A DNA stretch of 64,000 bases from sequence record PP216084, one strand, 5' to 3'. A model generated the notes under the pieces. It did no database searches, was not told the DNA's origin, and was given only the letters and a program-made list of their open reading frames with translations. How positions within the stretch are numbered: the stretch's first letter is position 1; every line of letters starts with the position of its first letter. Origin of the DNA: Escherichia phage vB_EcoS_HZ_ZJUN2. Of the stretch, positions 1 through 10,229 are shown piece after piece. Made by a program: the position numbers and the translations under genes.

Positions 1-586
1 ACTTCATCAACTATAACAGTACCGAATACTTTAGACAGATTATTCGCATGTTTATTCACTGTTTGAATATTACTGACCACAATTGGTGGATCAATATTGT
101 ATTTCCCAGAACCTATGATACCCGGTTCAAACCCAAACCATTTACGAACTTCTGCCGCCCACATTTCACGAATAGATGTGTTGGTACAAATTACCAAAGT
201 TTTCTGGCCAAATTTATACGCAAGTGCAAGGGCTAGGATAGTTTTACCAAATCCAGGCTTACCATTAATAATACAGGTATCATCGCATTCTTCGTATATT
301 GGAAGCTGATCTTCTTCACGCAGCTTGAACTTAGGTTTTGGTATATCTACCGGAGCTAATGTGCGTTTATCAACTAATTCATATTTTACTCCTTTAACAT
401 CTAGTAAATCCAGACGCGTGATAGGAATCCACTTAATCTCTTTAGCAACAACACCACTATTCTTATACATAATAGGGTATTTACTAGTCATTGTCTCTAT
501 GTGATAAGTGGTTTGCTTACTACAATAATCCCAAAGTTCATCATCGGGCTTGAAATATGCTTTATTAGATATAACAACCTTCATAA
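1..586 (-). CDS. ATP-dependent helicase, N-terminal part (runs off the window edge)
   Basis: Minus-strand reading frame open from an ATG near 584-586 to position 1; Walker A motif GKPGFGKT in translation; start overlaps stop of upstream ORF (ATGA). Not in the ORF track because it is truncated. Confidence 0.55.
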
Positions 587-1078
587 TTTTATTCTAAGTC
601 TAGGAATTTCAGGCTCCTCTTGATGGACTTGATAAATAACAGGGCTATTATTTACCAGAATATAGCTTATATAAGCTGGAACATAGGATAATACAAATGG
701 ATATGGAACTTTAGCTACATAGCATTGGTATTTTCCGTTATAAATTCTAGCTGAATGCAAAACTTTAGAGGTGACAACATCATAGAACGTAGTTTTCTTC
801 CAGTTAATAAGATTTCCATCAGAATCTATAAATTGGCTACGCTTTGACCCAACTAATTGAGACAACATTGATATTCTACCCCTAATAGGATAGAGCTTGT
901 ATGGTAATTCTTTCCGTTTCTCAAATAGAATAAGTCTACGTTGAGAAAAAGTGCCAGGCAACTTCCTGTTATCTAGCACATATTTATTATACCTTGTTGT
1001 AATTACGGAATAATCACCTTCTTGCTCAATTGATACAAACGCCCGTAAAGCATATACGGGCAATTTGAAATCAAGCAC
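581..1078 (-). CDS. hypothetical protein (165 aa) between polymerase and helicase
   Basis: ORF track; 8-nt overlap with polymerase start and coupled ATGA with the downstream helicase; no recognisable motif. Confidence 0.5.
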   Translation of the reverse strand: MLDFKLPVYALRAFVSIEQEGDYSVITTRYNKYVLDNRKLPGTFSQRRLILFEKRKELPYKLYPIRGRISMLSQLVGSKRSQFIDSDGNLINWKKTTFYDVVTSKVLHSARIYNGKYQCYVAKVPYPFVLSYVPAYISYILVNNSPVIYQVHQEEPEIPRLRIKL

Positions 1079-3638
1079 CGAGAATCCTTCTCACGTTATC
1101 CAAATCTTTACATACAGCAATAAACTTATCATCCTTGTATTTGCTATGATCTGGATGCTCTTTATCCATTGCAGCTAGTTTCTTATACTCGAACTCTGCA
1201 TCAAGTAATACACCCTTGACATAACGAGTATATTCATCATCATCAATACAAGCGATTGATGGATGCTGCTTCTTCATCTTACCACAAGAGTAGTCACGAG
1301 AACCTCCAGCTTCAGAATCAGAATCAATACCAATCGGACAACCAGGAATACTGATACCACGATCTTTCTGAATATTACGAATCAGGATTTCATTGTATTG
1401 ATCGATCAAATCCTCACGAACAATAGCAACTACGGAGTCATGAACCAGCATAACAATCTTCATCTCTTGTTCTAGACCAAGAGAAATGATCTCATTATCT
1501 GCATCTACAGCACCTAAAAGGAGACTATCAGAAGAAGCAGACTGAATGATTGCGTTAAATCCAGAACGGATTTCTTCACCCTGAACACCACGGTCTTCGG
1601 AGTGGATATTATGCAGACGACGTTTACGACCAAAGTGACTATAGATAAATCCATGATTCTTGATCTGATCGTGGCACTTATCAATCCAACGCTTAAGCTG
1701 TGGGAACTGACCGAAGTAAGTTTCAATGTACTCTTTAGCATCTGCAACAGTACATTCTACAAACGGTTCGCCTGTCTTAGCAGCTTGTTCCAAAAGAGCC
1801 TCATTAACAGAATGAGCTACTTTAGCCGGGCCAGAACCATACAAAATACCAAAGGTGATTGCTTTAGCTGCTTGACGCAGGGCTGGGAATAACTTTTTAA
1901 CATCACGAGGTTCGCATTGGAGCTTAAATACCATGTGTGCGATGTTAGAGTGGAAGTCAGGGTATTTATCTGGTTCATTTCTCATGTTGATAAATACTTG
2001 TTGCATATTTCTATCACCAGATAGAACAGCAGCATAATAAACTTCCGCAGTTGTTAAGTCCCATGCAATTACACGATACCCAGGAGGAGCTACTACACAA
2101 CCCTTGATAATAGATTCATCACGAGGTAACTGTTGCAGGTTCAGTTTACCAGAAGAACTCAGGCGACCAGAAGTAGTCATATGCTCATGGAAGCCAGTAC
2201 GAATGCAACCATCAGCATCAATGCTCAGAAGAATCTTCTCAACGTAAGTAGAGATCAGCTTAGTCAGCTTACGAATCTCTAGTAGGGTCTTAGCAATTGG
2301 ATGTTGCGTAGACAATTCGTTCAGAGCTTCTGCATCTGTAGAGTCTGCTCCAGTATCAGTCAATTTACCTGTTGGAGTTAAGCCAACATAATCAAACAGA
2401 AGAACACGGAGTTGTTTAACAGAGTTTGGGTTAAACGCTTCGTTCTGATCTTTCTCTAGCTGAACGACTTCTGGATAAGTATACAGCTTTTCACGAGCTT
2501 TATTCAGATTATGAGTTAACTGGTACTGTGCTTCTTTCAAGCGATCAATAGAAATTGGTACACCACGATCCTCAACACGCTGGAGAAATACACAACCAGG
2601 CATTAGAACATCGTAATATAGACTGCAAAGTTTTTCATTCTTCTCAATTTTTGGTAAGAAGAAATTGTGCAAACGTAGGGTGGCATCAGTATCTTTCGCA
2701 GCGTAAGGCCACATAATATCAAACGGAATTAAATCATAGGTGAAATCTTCTTTCTTGATTTTATGTGCTTTGCAGTAATCCTCCTTGAACTTATCTAGTT
2801 CAAAGTCATAGTCACCCATATCGGTATACTTCATTGCTAGAGATTTCAAGCCATGAGTACCACGACGCTCATCTAGAGCATAATGCTGCAACATTGTATC
2901 ATGGAGCCTGCGTTCTTTATGTGCTTTATCAAAAGCAAGTCCCAGATGGTACTTATAAAAGTGCATATCAAACTTCAAGTTGTGAAAAACAATAGTGTGG
3001 TTTTCACTATCCAGAATTTTCTGGAGATAATATACTGCAACCTCTGTGAGACAATCAGAATCGATATACACACCCTGATACTCTTGGTGAGACATAGAAA
3101 CACCAAGCAGATAACCATCTCGACAGTATAGTGCTGAGGTTTCGGAGTCGAATGCGACAGGTCCGATAACCATATTATACACCATCTTGATATATTCTTC
3201 CGCCTCGTCAGGGTCAGTAATAGGACGGTAATCACCAGCTTTTGCAATCTTCTCACGACCATTGATAATATCGTGGATATTTTCTACTGTTGCATCGAAA
3301 ACTGGTTTCATTTCAGGCTTAAAGTGTAACTGGGCTGGGCTGATACTCGCAATCCAGTTAGCATATCCATTATACTCTACACGTTTACCAGTATAGTCAC
3401 CAATGCCTTTCTTACCTGCGAAATACAGGAAAGGTTCAGCACCTACTAGTATAACAAAATCGTAATCATTCGGATCAAATGGGTTTTCTGGTGTTCCAAT
3501 AGTAATGTGCTTTTTAAGCAAACGACCGGATAACCTCTCGTTACACATATGGAATACATCAACTTCCTCGCCGTATAGCTGGAAATGTTTATCGTAACGA
3601 GTGTTATTTAGAGCTTTATCAACTACTGCGATTTTCAA
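1071..3638 (-). CDS. DNA polymerase, family A (T5-type, 855 aa) with 3'-5' exonuclease domain
   Basis: 855-aa ORF; exonuclease-type FDSETSALY motif N-terminally and Pol A-like polymerase motifs C-terminally; size and context match T5-type polymerase. Confidence 0.9.
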   Translation of the reverse strand: MKIAVVDKALNNTRYDKHFQLYGEEVDVFHMCNERLSGRLLKKHITIGTPENPFDPNDYDFVILVGAEPFLYFAGKKGIGDYTGKRVEYNGYANWIASISPAQLHFKPEMKPVFDATVENIHDIINGREKIAKAGDYRPITDPDEAEEYIKMVYNMVIGPVAFDSETSALYCRDGYLLGVSMSHQEYQGVYIDSDCLTEVAVYYLQKILDSENHTIVFHNLKFDMHFYKYHLGLAFDKAHKERRLHDTMLQHYALDERRGTHGLKSLAMKYTDMGDYDFELDKFKEDYCKAHKIKKEDFTYDLIPFDIMWPYAAKDTDATLRLHNFFLPKIEKNEKLCSLYYDVLMPGCVFLQRVEDRGVPISIDRLKEAQYQLTHNLNKAREKLYTYPEVVQLEKDQNEAFNPNSVKQLRVLLFDYVGLTPTGKLTDTGADSTDAEALNELSTQHPIAKTLLEIRKLTKLISTYVEKILLSIDADGCIRTGFHEHMTTSGRLSSSGKLNLQQLPRDESIIKGCVVAPPGYRVIAWDLTTAEVYYAAVLSGDRNMQQVFINMRNEPDKYPDFHSNIAHMVFKLQCEPRDVKKLFPALRQAAKAITFGILYGSGPAKVAHSVNEALLEQAAKTGEPFVECTVADAKEYIETYFGQFPQLKRWIDKCHDQIKNHGFIYSHFGRKRRLHNIHSEDRGVQGEEIRSGFNAIIQSASSDSLLLGAVDADNEIISLGLEQEMKIVMLVHDSVVAIVREDLIDQYNEILIRNIQKDRGISIPGCPIGIDSDSEAGGSRDYSCGKMKKQHPSIACIDDDEYTRYVKGVLLDAEFEYKKLAAMDKEHPDHSKYKDDKFIAVCKDLDNVRRILGA

Positions 3639-3700
3639 ATTTAATCTCCTCTTGGTAAGTAAGTATAACTTCAGTGTTTCTTCTCTAACTTACCAATATA

Positions 3701-4591
3701 TTATACCAAATCTTTAAGCGATTCAGCAACTAAAATTTCAATACGTTTTGCTAACATATCAATTTCATCTTTGTTTAAATCACCAGGATCTTTGCCTTCG
3801 GGCAGAAGAAAGTTAGCAACTACAGGTGTTAAACGCGTTTTTGTACGAATTAGCTTGGCCAACGCTTGTGCAGCTTTATTACCCGAAGCATCATTATCTA
3901 GTAAGATAACAACAACTTTTACACCAGCAATAATATAAGGACTGAACTTATCTGCAATGTTATCTGAAGTGAACTGATGTGTACCAAAGCAGCAAGAAGC
4001 ATAGTCTATACCGTTATCCTCTAGGTTCAGCATATCAAAGATACCTTCAACTAGAATAAGAACTGGAGTATTATATCGTACAGGGAAAATCGGTGGTGAA
4101 ACTTGTTTTGGTTTTACTAAGTATTTAGGAGGGGCAGAACTGTTTATAGAACGACCCAAAAATAGGATATTGCGTCCAACAGCATCTGTGATTGGGAATA
4201 CAATTCTGCCTTCCCAGTCTGCTTGATGTTGGAAAGCAAAATATTTCTTCAAGGTCTTAGAACTTATACCTCGGAAATCACCTTCGAAAAGGTAAGCAGA
4301 TTCAGGAATTGCAAGATTCGTTGATCCATTCCTAATCTCTGAAATCTTTTTACGTACCTGTGATAGTCTTGGAGACTGTCGGTACTGAGTCTCATTAAAA
4401 TAATGGTAAATGCTCGGTATACCTTTACCGAAGCCACAACTCAAGCAGTGCATAATACCTGTTTCAGGATCAATACGCAAACTTGGGTGTTTATCGTCAT
4501 GATCTGGATTGAGACAACATATAAGAATATCACCACCTGTATCTTTATACTCAATGCCTTTCAGATCAAGTAGTTCTGTTATTCTACTCAT
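3701..4591 (-). CDS. DNA primase (DnaG-like: zinc finger + TOPRIM)
   Basis: N-terminal zinc-finger-like CCLNPDHDDKHPSLRID...CLSCGFGKG and TOPRIM-like LVEGIFDM / VVILLDNDASGNKAA. Confidence 0.8.
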   Translation of the reverse strand: MSRITELLDLKGIEYKDTGGDILICCLNPDHDDKHPSLRIDPETGIMHCLSCGFGKGIPSIYHYFNETQYRQSPRLSQVRKKISEIRNGSTNLAIPESAYLFEGDFRGISSKTLKKYFAFQHQADWEGRIVFPITDAVGRNILFLGRSINSSAPPKYLVKPKQVSPPIFPVRYNTPVLILVEGIFDMLNLEDNGIDYASCCFGTHQFTSDNIADKFSPYIIAGVKVVVILLDNDASGNKAAQALAKLIRTKTRLTPVVANFLLPEGKDPGDLNKDEIDMLAKRIEILVAESLKDLV

Positions 4592-5121
4592 GAGTTTAGC
4601 TCCTCTAGTGCAGGATAATTAGATATATCAAAAATCTCTATAACAGCACGTTCTCCATGTAGATTAGTTCTCAGTATATTTGCTGAGTTTACAGCTAATT
4701 CTAACTCTTCATACTTAAATCTGCCACCATTTTTAAGGTTGCCATTAGAGTCTCTTACCTGTACCCTCCATTTTTGTTTTTCAATATCCCAAGCAACTCC
4801 TAAGTACCCAGATTTACTACATGCTGTTTTATTTCTACTATTTTCCTGGGCTGTAGCATCTCTTAGATTACACCACCTATTATCAAAGGGTATTCTGTTT
4901 ACATGGTCTACTTTTTCAGGCAGTGTATTCTCCATAAATAGAAAAGCCATACGATGAGCTTTGTAATCCTTTCCATCTATGCCAATAATTATATAGTCAT
5001 TAGAGTCTTTTCTAGTTACTATACTCCCAGCTTTCTGATTGCCTCTAGATACTTTTCTAGTAAACTCCCCAGTTTCTGGGGAGTAATCAAATAACTCTTT
5101 TAGCCTTTCCTGTGTTATCAT
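4588..5121 (-). CDS. HNH homing endonuclease
   Basis: HNH-type motif HVNRIPFDNRWCNLRDAT; paralogous to ORFs at 33519-34342, 54339-54866 and 57830-58366; inserted between primase and helicase. Confidence 0.8.
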   Translation of the reverse strand: MITQERLKELFDYSPETGEFTRKVSRGNQKAGSIVTRKDSNDYIIIGIDGKDYKAHRMAFLFMENTLPEKVDHVNRIPFDNRWCNLRDATAQENSRNKTACSKSGYLGVAWDIEKQKWRVQVRDSNGNLKNGGRFKYEELELAVNSANILRTNLHGERAVIEIFDISNYPALEELNS

Positions 5122-6641
5122 ATATCGCTGGCCTGTTCACCTGTTGAATTTTCAGCTTTGTCTTTCTTAGCACGTTTAGGTTGAGCCGGCTTATCCTTCT
5201 CAATAGGGATAACGAACTCAGCTTCCATTTGAGATATATCTTCCATTGCTAGGTTGGTAGTGTTATCCATTCGCAGAGTTTCCCAGTTCATTTTAGGCAT
5301 AAACTTCACGCTATCAGAAGAACGAGTCTTAACGAAGTCAAACATAATAGCACCTTGACCATTATCAGCTTTTGCAGCATTAAGATTAGCAGCCATGTCT
5401 GCGGAATCAAGAATCCCCTTTGACATACGTGTTCTACCATCTTGATCGATCTGGTAAGGAGCTACACCAGCCACGTTATGTTTCTGGCAGATAGATTTGA
5501 AAGACGAGCTAACAACCATCTGTTCTTTCCAGTCATACATATCAATGGTTTTAGAGTCTGGAAGTCGGGTTTGGTTAATATAGTCCAGTAAGGCTACTGT
5601 AACTTTATCTCCATATCTAGCAACTAATTTATTTAGTTCTACGTCAACTGTTGTAATAGACAGCTCAGGGTCATAAACAATAATCATAGGAGTATGTAGT
5701 TCATACCCTTCTATTAGCTTACTCTCCATATCGTAGAAATCACTCATCTTAGCCATTGTGTATTGTTTAACGAAGTTATCAAAAAGCTCTTCACCACCAT
5801 TAAACATTCTAGCTCTAGTTCTGGCTAATCTCAACAGAGCTGCACCTTCTAGAGTATTATTACGCATTGCTAGTGCTGATACACCTGCTAACATGGCTAG
5901 ATTACGTCTAAATACTTCATGTTCTTTCATCTCAATTGAGAAGTATGGAGCAATATCTCCATTCAAATATTGCTGAACCTGTATGTTTGAACAGATAATG
6001 GATTTACCAGTACCACGCCAACCACCAAGCAGTAACGTTTCTGTGCGAGCTAAACCAATTTGAGCGTCGAACTCATTACAAATACCAAGAGCGATTAAGT
6101 TCAGTTTGGTATCTTCTTCTCTCTGGAAAATACGCATGTTATCTGCGTTGAATACTTTTCCAGTATTCGTTACTTTCTCTTCTAATTTTAAGTGAAGGGA
6201 GGCAACTCGGTTGAGAATTTCTCCCTGATCCAGCATTGTTAAATCTTGAAGCACGTCTGTTTCTAGAAGCTTCAGGAATAGATCCTGCGTATATTCGGCT
6301 TCTAGGACTTCAAGTGCCTGTTCCATGCTCACTTCTGGAATTTGAGTGTTAGCTAAGACGACTAGAGCTTGAGAAAGGCGGGCGTTCCTATTAGCTTCAA
6401 GCATAAGTGCGTCAATGGACGGCATTGTGTTATATTTTTTATAATAATTCTGGACGGCTTGGTAAATTGAGGAGAAAGCGTCATTAAAATGATCTTTATG
6501 CAGTTTTGAGAATGTTTCCAATGCTATTTGCTTCTGTTCTGAAGCAAGAAGCATCTTCAACACTACAGCTTGCACGTTAAACAAGGTCATTCTCCTTTGC
6601 ACGCTTTCGTGCCTTCTAAATGCAAAAAGGGGAAGGAGCAT
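5118..6641 (-). CDS. replicative DNA helicase (DnaB-like, RecA-fold ATPase)
   Basis: 507-aa ORF with Walker A GGWRGTGKS in C-terminal half; adjacent to primase. Confidence 0.75.
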   Translation of the reverse strand: MLLPLFAFRRHESVQRRMTLFNVQAVVLKMLLASEQKQIALETFSKLHKDHFNDAFSSIYQAVQNYYKKYNTMPSIDALMLEANRNARLSQALVVLANTQIPEVSMEQALEVLEAEYTQDLFLKLLETDVLQDLTMLDQGEILNRVASLHLKLEEKVTNTGKVFNADNMRIFQREEDTKLNLIALGICNEFDAQIGLARTETLLLGGWRGTGKSIICSNIQVQQYLNGDIAPYFSIEMKEHEVFRRNLAMLAGVSALAMRNNTLEGAALLRLARTRARMFNGGEELFDNFVKQYTMAKMSDFYDMESKLIEGYELHTPMIIVYDPELSITTVDVELNKLVARYGDKVTVALLDYINQTRLPDSKTIDMYDWKEQMVVSSSFKSICQKHNVAGVAPYQIDQDGRTRMSKGILDSADMAANLNAAKADNGQGAIMFDFVKTRSSDSVKFMPKMNWETLRMDNTTNLAMEDISQMEAEFVIPIEKDKPAQPKRAKKDKAENSTGEQASDI

Positions 6642-6650
6642 AGCCCCCTC
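6612..6650 (-). terminator. putative rho-independent terminator
   Basis: GC-rich hairpin (AGGGGAGGG...CCTTCCCCT on minus strand) followed by T-run, downstream of ORF 6673-7440. Confidence 0.4.
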
Positions 6651-6672
6651 CCCTTAGGTTTAATTTACCAGA

Positions 6673-7440
6673 TTATTCAGCAGCCGCAGCTTTTGCATCC
6701 AGTTTAGCACGCTTAGCGGCACCATCATAGTCCTTAGCAACCAGACCACGACGAGACAGCATAGATTTAACACCACGCTCAGACTTACCAGTTTTCTCAG
6801 CGATCTCAGCAACAGTCATGTTAACCAGATCCAGACCTTCTAACAGATCTTCACGAGTTTTAGCACTTGAAGTTTCCTGTACCGGCATAGCAGCGATACG
6901 ACCTTCACGAAGCAGGCTCAGAGCTTTACCACGGATCTGCTTAATATTGCGACCGAAGTGAGCAGCGATAGCTTCAATAGTAGCACCAGCAACAACCTGA
7001 TTAACAAAATCAGTTTCTTCATCCGGAGTGAAGGAACGAACAGCGGCAGCTTTTTCGGTTGGTTTAACAGAAGCGGTCATTTCCAGACTCAGGATCTTAC
7101 CCTGTACCTGTTTAGCACCGAACTGACCACCAGCTACAGCAGCAGCGATTTCAGCATAGGTATACTGACCAGCATGAGCGTTCAGGAAATCAACCAGCTC
7201 AGCTTCCTGCTCAGGAGTCCACGGGGATTTCTGTACTTCGTTAGCTTTCTGTACTTCAAAACCTTCTTTACGCAGTTTAGAGCCAACAGAGCGAGCAGTA
7301 ACATCTTTGCCAGTTTCAGCAGCTAGTTCAGCAGCAATAGCAGCTACTTGTTCTTGAGAGATTACAGCAACACCCAGAGCAGTGGCTTTTGCTTTCAGAG
7401 ACTCGGTTACACCTTCTACGTTCCAGTTCAGTTTAGACAT
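6673..7440 (-). CDS. putative DNA-binding protein with three internal repeats (possibly T5 D5-like)
   Basis: 255 aa, Ala-rich, three ~70-aa repeats each ending in an HTH-like segment (E/TIAA...G..K.V..K..SL); the D5 assignment is an inference. Confidence 0.55.
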   Translation of the reverse strand: MSKLNWNVEGVTESLKAKATALGVAVISQEQVAAIAAELAAETGKDVTARSVGSKLRKEGFEVQKANEVQKSPWTPEQEAELVDFLNAHAGQYTYAEIAAAVAGGQFGAKQVQGKILSLEMTASVKPTEKAAAVRSFTPDEETDFVNQVVAGATIEAIAAHFGRNIKQIRGKALSLLREGRIAAMPVQETSSAKTREDLLEGLDLVNMTVAEIAEKTGKSERGVKSMLSRRGLVAKDYDGAAKRAKLDAKAAAAE

Positions 7441-8215
7441 TATTATTTTTCTCCAATAGTTCTTTAATCGACAGGATTTCTATCCCATTCGTTTCGGCTT
7501 TCTTATAAGATGAGGAAGAACGTTTTGATTCATCCTCACAGATTAGGTATTTGACGTCTTTGGTAACGGATTTCTTAACCGTATACCCTAGACCTTCTAA
7601 ATAGTTTGTTGCATCCGTTCTATTTGCAAAATCTTGCAAAGATCCGGTAATACATACCGCGATTCCATTTGGCTTGGCAACTAATTCATCCGTAGTGATA
7701 ATATTAGCTTTAGTGCCCTTAATACCAGTTGAGAATTTCCACGGTAGTTCGATAACATCCTTGCCTTGTGGGGAATTTAGCCAGGCTTTGTAATTTTCTC
7801 CAGCCTTGCCGTCAGCCTTCACATCATGGAAGCTAGTGCAATTTTGGGATAATTTCTTTGCTGCAACCTCTCCAATTAGAGGGATTCCTAAAGAACCGAG
7901 AACTGAACCAAAGTCAATGTCTCCGCGAACTTTAGTATTTAATTCGCTAATTAACTTAGCGGCAACCTTGCTACCCACGGCTCTAACCAAATCTTCTTCG
8001 GTTAGGTAAAATAGTTCTGAAATCTTCGTCAGCTCCAGCTTCTCAATAGTTTTTGGGCCAAAGCCCTTTAACTTCATTTTTGAACAGAAGTTCTCAATTA
8101 ACTTGCTTGATTGCGCTGGACAGTTGGACTTATTACGACAGAATAATTGTCCGTTGACAAGATCTAGCTTAGAACCACAAGAGGGACATTGTGTTGGAAT
8201 TTCGATTTTCATCAA
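7433..8215 (-). CDS. NAD-dependent DNA ligase, C-terminal fragment (Zn finger/HhH/BRCT-like)
   Basis: CPSCGSKLDLVNGQLFCRNKSNCPAQ zinc finger at N-terminus, helix-hairpin-helix-like GFGPKTIEKL, sits downstream of the adenylation fragment. Confidence 0.7.
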   Translation of the reverse strand: MMKIEIPTQCPSCGSKLDLVNGQLFCRNKSNCPAQSSKLIENFCSKMKLKGFGPKTIEKLELTKISELFYLTEEDLVRAVGSKVAAKLISELNTKVRGDIDFGSVLGSLGIPLIGEVAAKKLSQNCTSFHDVKADGKAGENYKAWLNSPQGKDVIELPWKFSTGIKGTKANIITTDELVAKPNGIAVCITGSLQDFANRTDATNYLEGLGYTVKKSVTKDVKYLICEDESKRSSSSYKKAETNGIEILSIKELLEKNNNV

Positions 8216-8242
8216 ATTTCTTCCTTATCAATTTATATAAAT

Positions 8243-8271
8243 ATTATAGCAAGTATTTAAGCATTTAGCAA
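8243..8271 (-). promoter_or_regulatory. sigma70-type early promoter (minus strand) inside the ligase split
   Basis: -35 TTGCTA, 17-bp spacer, -10 TATAAT, followed by conserved leader ATTTATATAAATTGATAAGGAG and the ATG at 8215. Confidence 0.6.
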
Positions 8272-8414
8272 CTACAATTTTAATTAACTTTGCTTACCCT
8301 CGCCATAACTTTCTATCCCTCAACTGAATGATAATAGTATATACCTAAGCGGCGAAAATGTCAATAACCACTTTATAATTCCGATATGGTAGATGGGTAG
8401 CAAAGGGTTATGTA

Positions 8415-9389
8415 TTAATCGTATACTCGCTCTACTATGCACGGGATTACACCACCAGCACGAATCACTCGAATCTGGCAACCGATCTCTAGATCGAGAG
8501 AGTTAATATAATCAACGTTATTAAGAGTTGCTTTAACAATTGTAGCATCATCAATAATTACCGGTTCGAAATAACCAACTGGAGTTACTTTACCAGAAGC
8601 CCCTACCTGCCATTCAACTTTAGTAAGAGTTGTAATCTCGCCTTCTTCATCCTCTTTAATGGCGAAGGCTCCACGAGGGAATTTATTAGTCCAGCCTTCA
8701 CGGAAGAATTTGTTGTTGTCATTAATACGAACAACTTTACCGTCCGTCGGAATCCATTTAAAGAAGGAACGCACATTAACAACTGTTAAGAAGTTCTCAT
8801 TCTCTAGCCAAAGCATATCTTTTAAGTATGCTTCTGTAATACCTACAGATTCAGCAGAACATTGGATACCATAAGCAACAAAGATTAAACCGCCTTCTCC
8901 AATGCGTTGTACGAAAGCATCACTATCTTTGAGGTTAATAGCACCAGAGGCAAAGTTACGTTTATTTTCTACTTCTTTTGTAATTAGAACTTCACCAGTG
9001 ATTTGAGTAGGTACTTTTTGGGAAATCTTTTTAGGAATATTCAGCAATCTTACGTTGCTTGTGACATCATTCCCCAGAATACCATTACCACGAGTTAATG
9101 CTTGAACAAATTCACCGTTAATATATAATAGAGAAATTGCACAACCATCTAACTTATCAGTTTCTACCTGACCTAAAGGATTAAATGGTGGTTTATCCCC
9201 ACGATTATAATAAACTTTCTGTAAAGAATACATACGGTACAGATGTGGAATATCTCCCTTAGGCCCGATCTCTTCTTCTAGTGGGAAGCGTTTTACCAGG
9301 CAATCATACTCCTCATCAGAGATTAAAGACATGCCTTGATAATATGCTTCTTGACAACGCTTAATAAAGCCTCTTACATTATTCATCAT
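8415..9389 (-). CDS. NAD-dependent DNA ligase, N-terminal adenylation fragment
   Basis: KxDG adenylation motif (ETDKLDGCAISL) and LigA-like N-terminal domain. Confidence 0.8.
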   Translation of the reverse strand: MMNNVRGFIKRCQEAYYQGMSLISDEEYDCLVKRFPLEEEIGPKGDIPHLYRMYSLQKVYYNRGDKPPFNPLGQVETDKLDGCAISLLYINGEFVQALTRGNGILGNDVTSNVRLLNIPKKISQKVPTQITGEVLITKEVENKRNFASGAINLKDSDAFVQRIGEGGLIFVAYGIQCSAESVGITEAYLKDMLWLENENFLTVVNVRSFFKWIPTDGKVVRINDNNKFFREGWTNKFPRGAFAIKEDEEGEITTLTKVEWQVGASGKVTPVGYFEPVIIDDATIVKATLNNVDYINSLDLEIGCQIRVIRAGGVIPCIVERVYD

Positions 9390-9579
9390 CGGCGATTTCC
9401 ATCTTGAGTTCTTTATTATATTGTGTAACCATGTCCATCAAATCAGCAGATTCTTTCAGAAACGCATCTTTGTACACCTTTTGATTTACTGTGCCTATGC
9501 TATCTTGATAATTAATACGTGCTGTGGAAAGTAGATTAAGTTTTGCTTGAATCTTGGGAAGTGTTACTGTCATTGCCAT
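9379..9579 (-). CDS. hypothetical protein (66 aa)
   Basis: ORF track; overlaps neighbouring genes by a few nt (translational coupling). Confidence 0.45.
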   Translation of the reverse strand: MAMTVTLPKIQAKLNLLSTARINYQDSIGTVNQKVYKDAFLKESADLMDMVTQYNKELKMEIADDE

Positions 9580-9852
9580 TCACCGTACCTCATATGCTTT
9601 AGGCTGTCTAGTGGATCCGTGCCATGTATAATTTTTGCAAAGATGCAAATATGTAGTTTTTACTAGCCTATCCGATAATGGAGAGTATATTTCAGCTATT
9701 AATACTTCTTTTTCGTAATAAAGTGAAATCAGTTTATACCCAGTTCTAGTTTTAGTATACTTTTCCCCATTAATCTTTTCCTCCCACATGAGTATGAGAG
9801 GCTGTCCGATATATGGAAAAGGTTTAAGTGTACTTATATTTATCTTTTTCAC
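9580..9852 (-). CDS. hypothetical protein (90 aa)
   Basis: ORF track; preceded by early promoter at 9883-9911. Confidence 0.5.
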   Translation of the reverse strand: MKKINISTLKPFPYIGQPLILMWEEKINGEKYTKTRTGYKLISLYYEKEVLIAEIYSPLSDRLVKTTYLHLCKNYTWHGSTRQPKAYEVR

Positions 9853-9882
9853 TTTGCAACCCTCTCATTAATTTATATAAAT

Positions 9883-9911
9883 ATTATATAACAAAACTGA
9901 GTTGAAAGCAA
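9883..9911 (-). promoter_or_regulatory. sigma70-type early promoter (minus strand)
   Basis: -35 TTGCTT / 17 bp / -10 TATAAT plus conserved leader ATTTATATAAATTAATGAGAGGG. Confidence 0.6.
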
Positions 9912-9917
9912 ATACAT

Positions 9918-10229
9918 TTATTCTTTTTCCGCCAGGCGTTTAGCTTCTTTTTCTACTTCTAATAAAACCTCACTATTAGATAATATTTTAGTAAATGCCT
10001 TAAATAAATGAGATGTTGTTTCTAGAGTGTATGGCATACTGAATCCACTTTTTGTTGGAAACCATTCACCTTCTATATCTTGGAGCCAGTACCTAATTCC
10101 TAAGTATAGATTCCCCCTAAACTCAGATACAGTTAGCCTAACCTGTTGGCCATCTTCTCTCTCCCAGATAACTATGGACTGATCATCTACATGTCCAACA
10201 TAATCCTGATTTACATTATCTCCTGACAT
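9918..10229 (-). CDS. hypothetical protein (103 aa)
   Basis: ORF track. Confidence 0.5.
   Translation of the reverse strand: MSGDNVNQDYVGHVDDQSIVIWEREDGQQVRLTVSEFRGNLYLGIRYWLQDIEGEWFPTKSGFSMPYTLETTSHLFKAFTKILSNSEVLLEVEKEAKRLAEKE

Noticed and set aside
48-309. Plus-strand ORFs 48-236 and 97-309
   Set aside because: They lie antisense to the minus-strand helicase fragment, which has a Walker A motif and coupled start; no RBS or promoter.
1263-3262. Short plus- and minus-strand ORFs inside the DNA polymerase gene (1263-1475, 1514-1747, 1602-1892, 2883-3131, 2975-3262)
   Set aside because: Embedded in or antisense to a confidently assigned 855-aa polymerase ORF; low-complexity translations.
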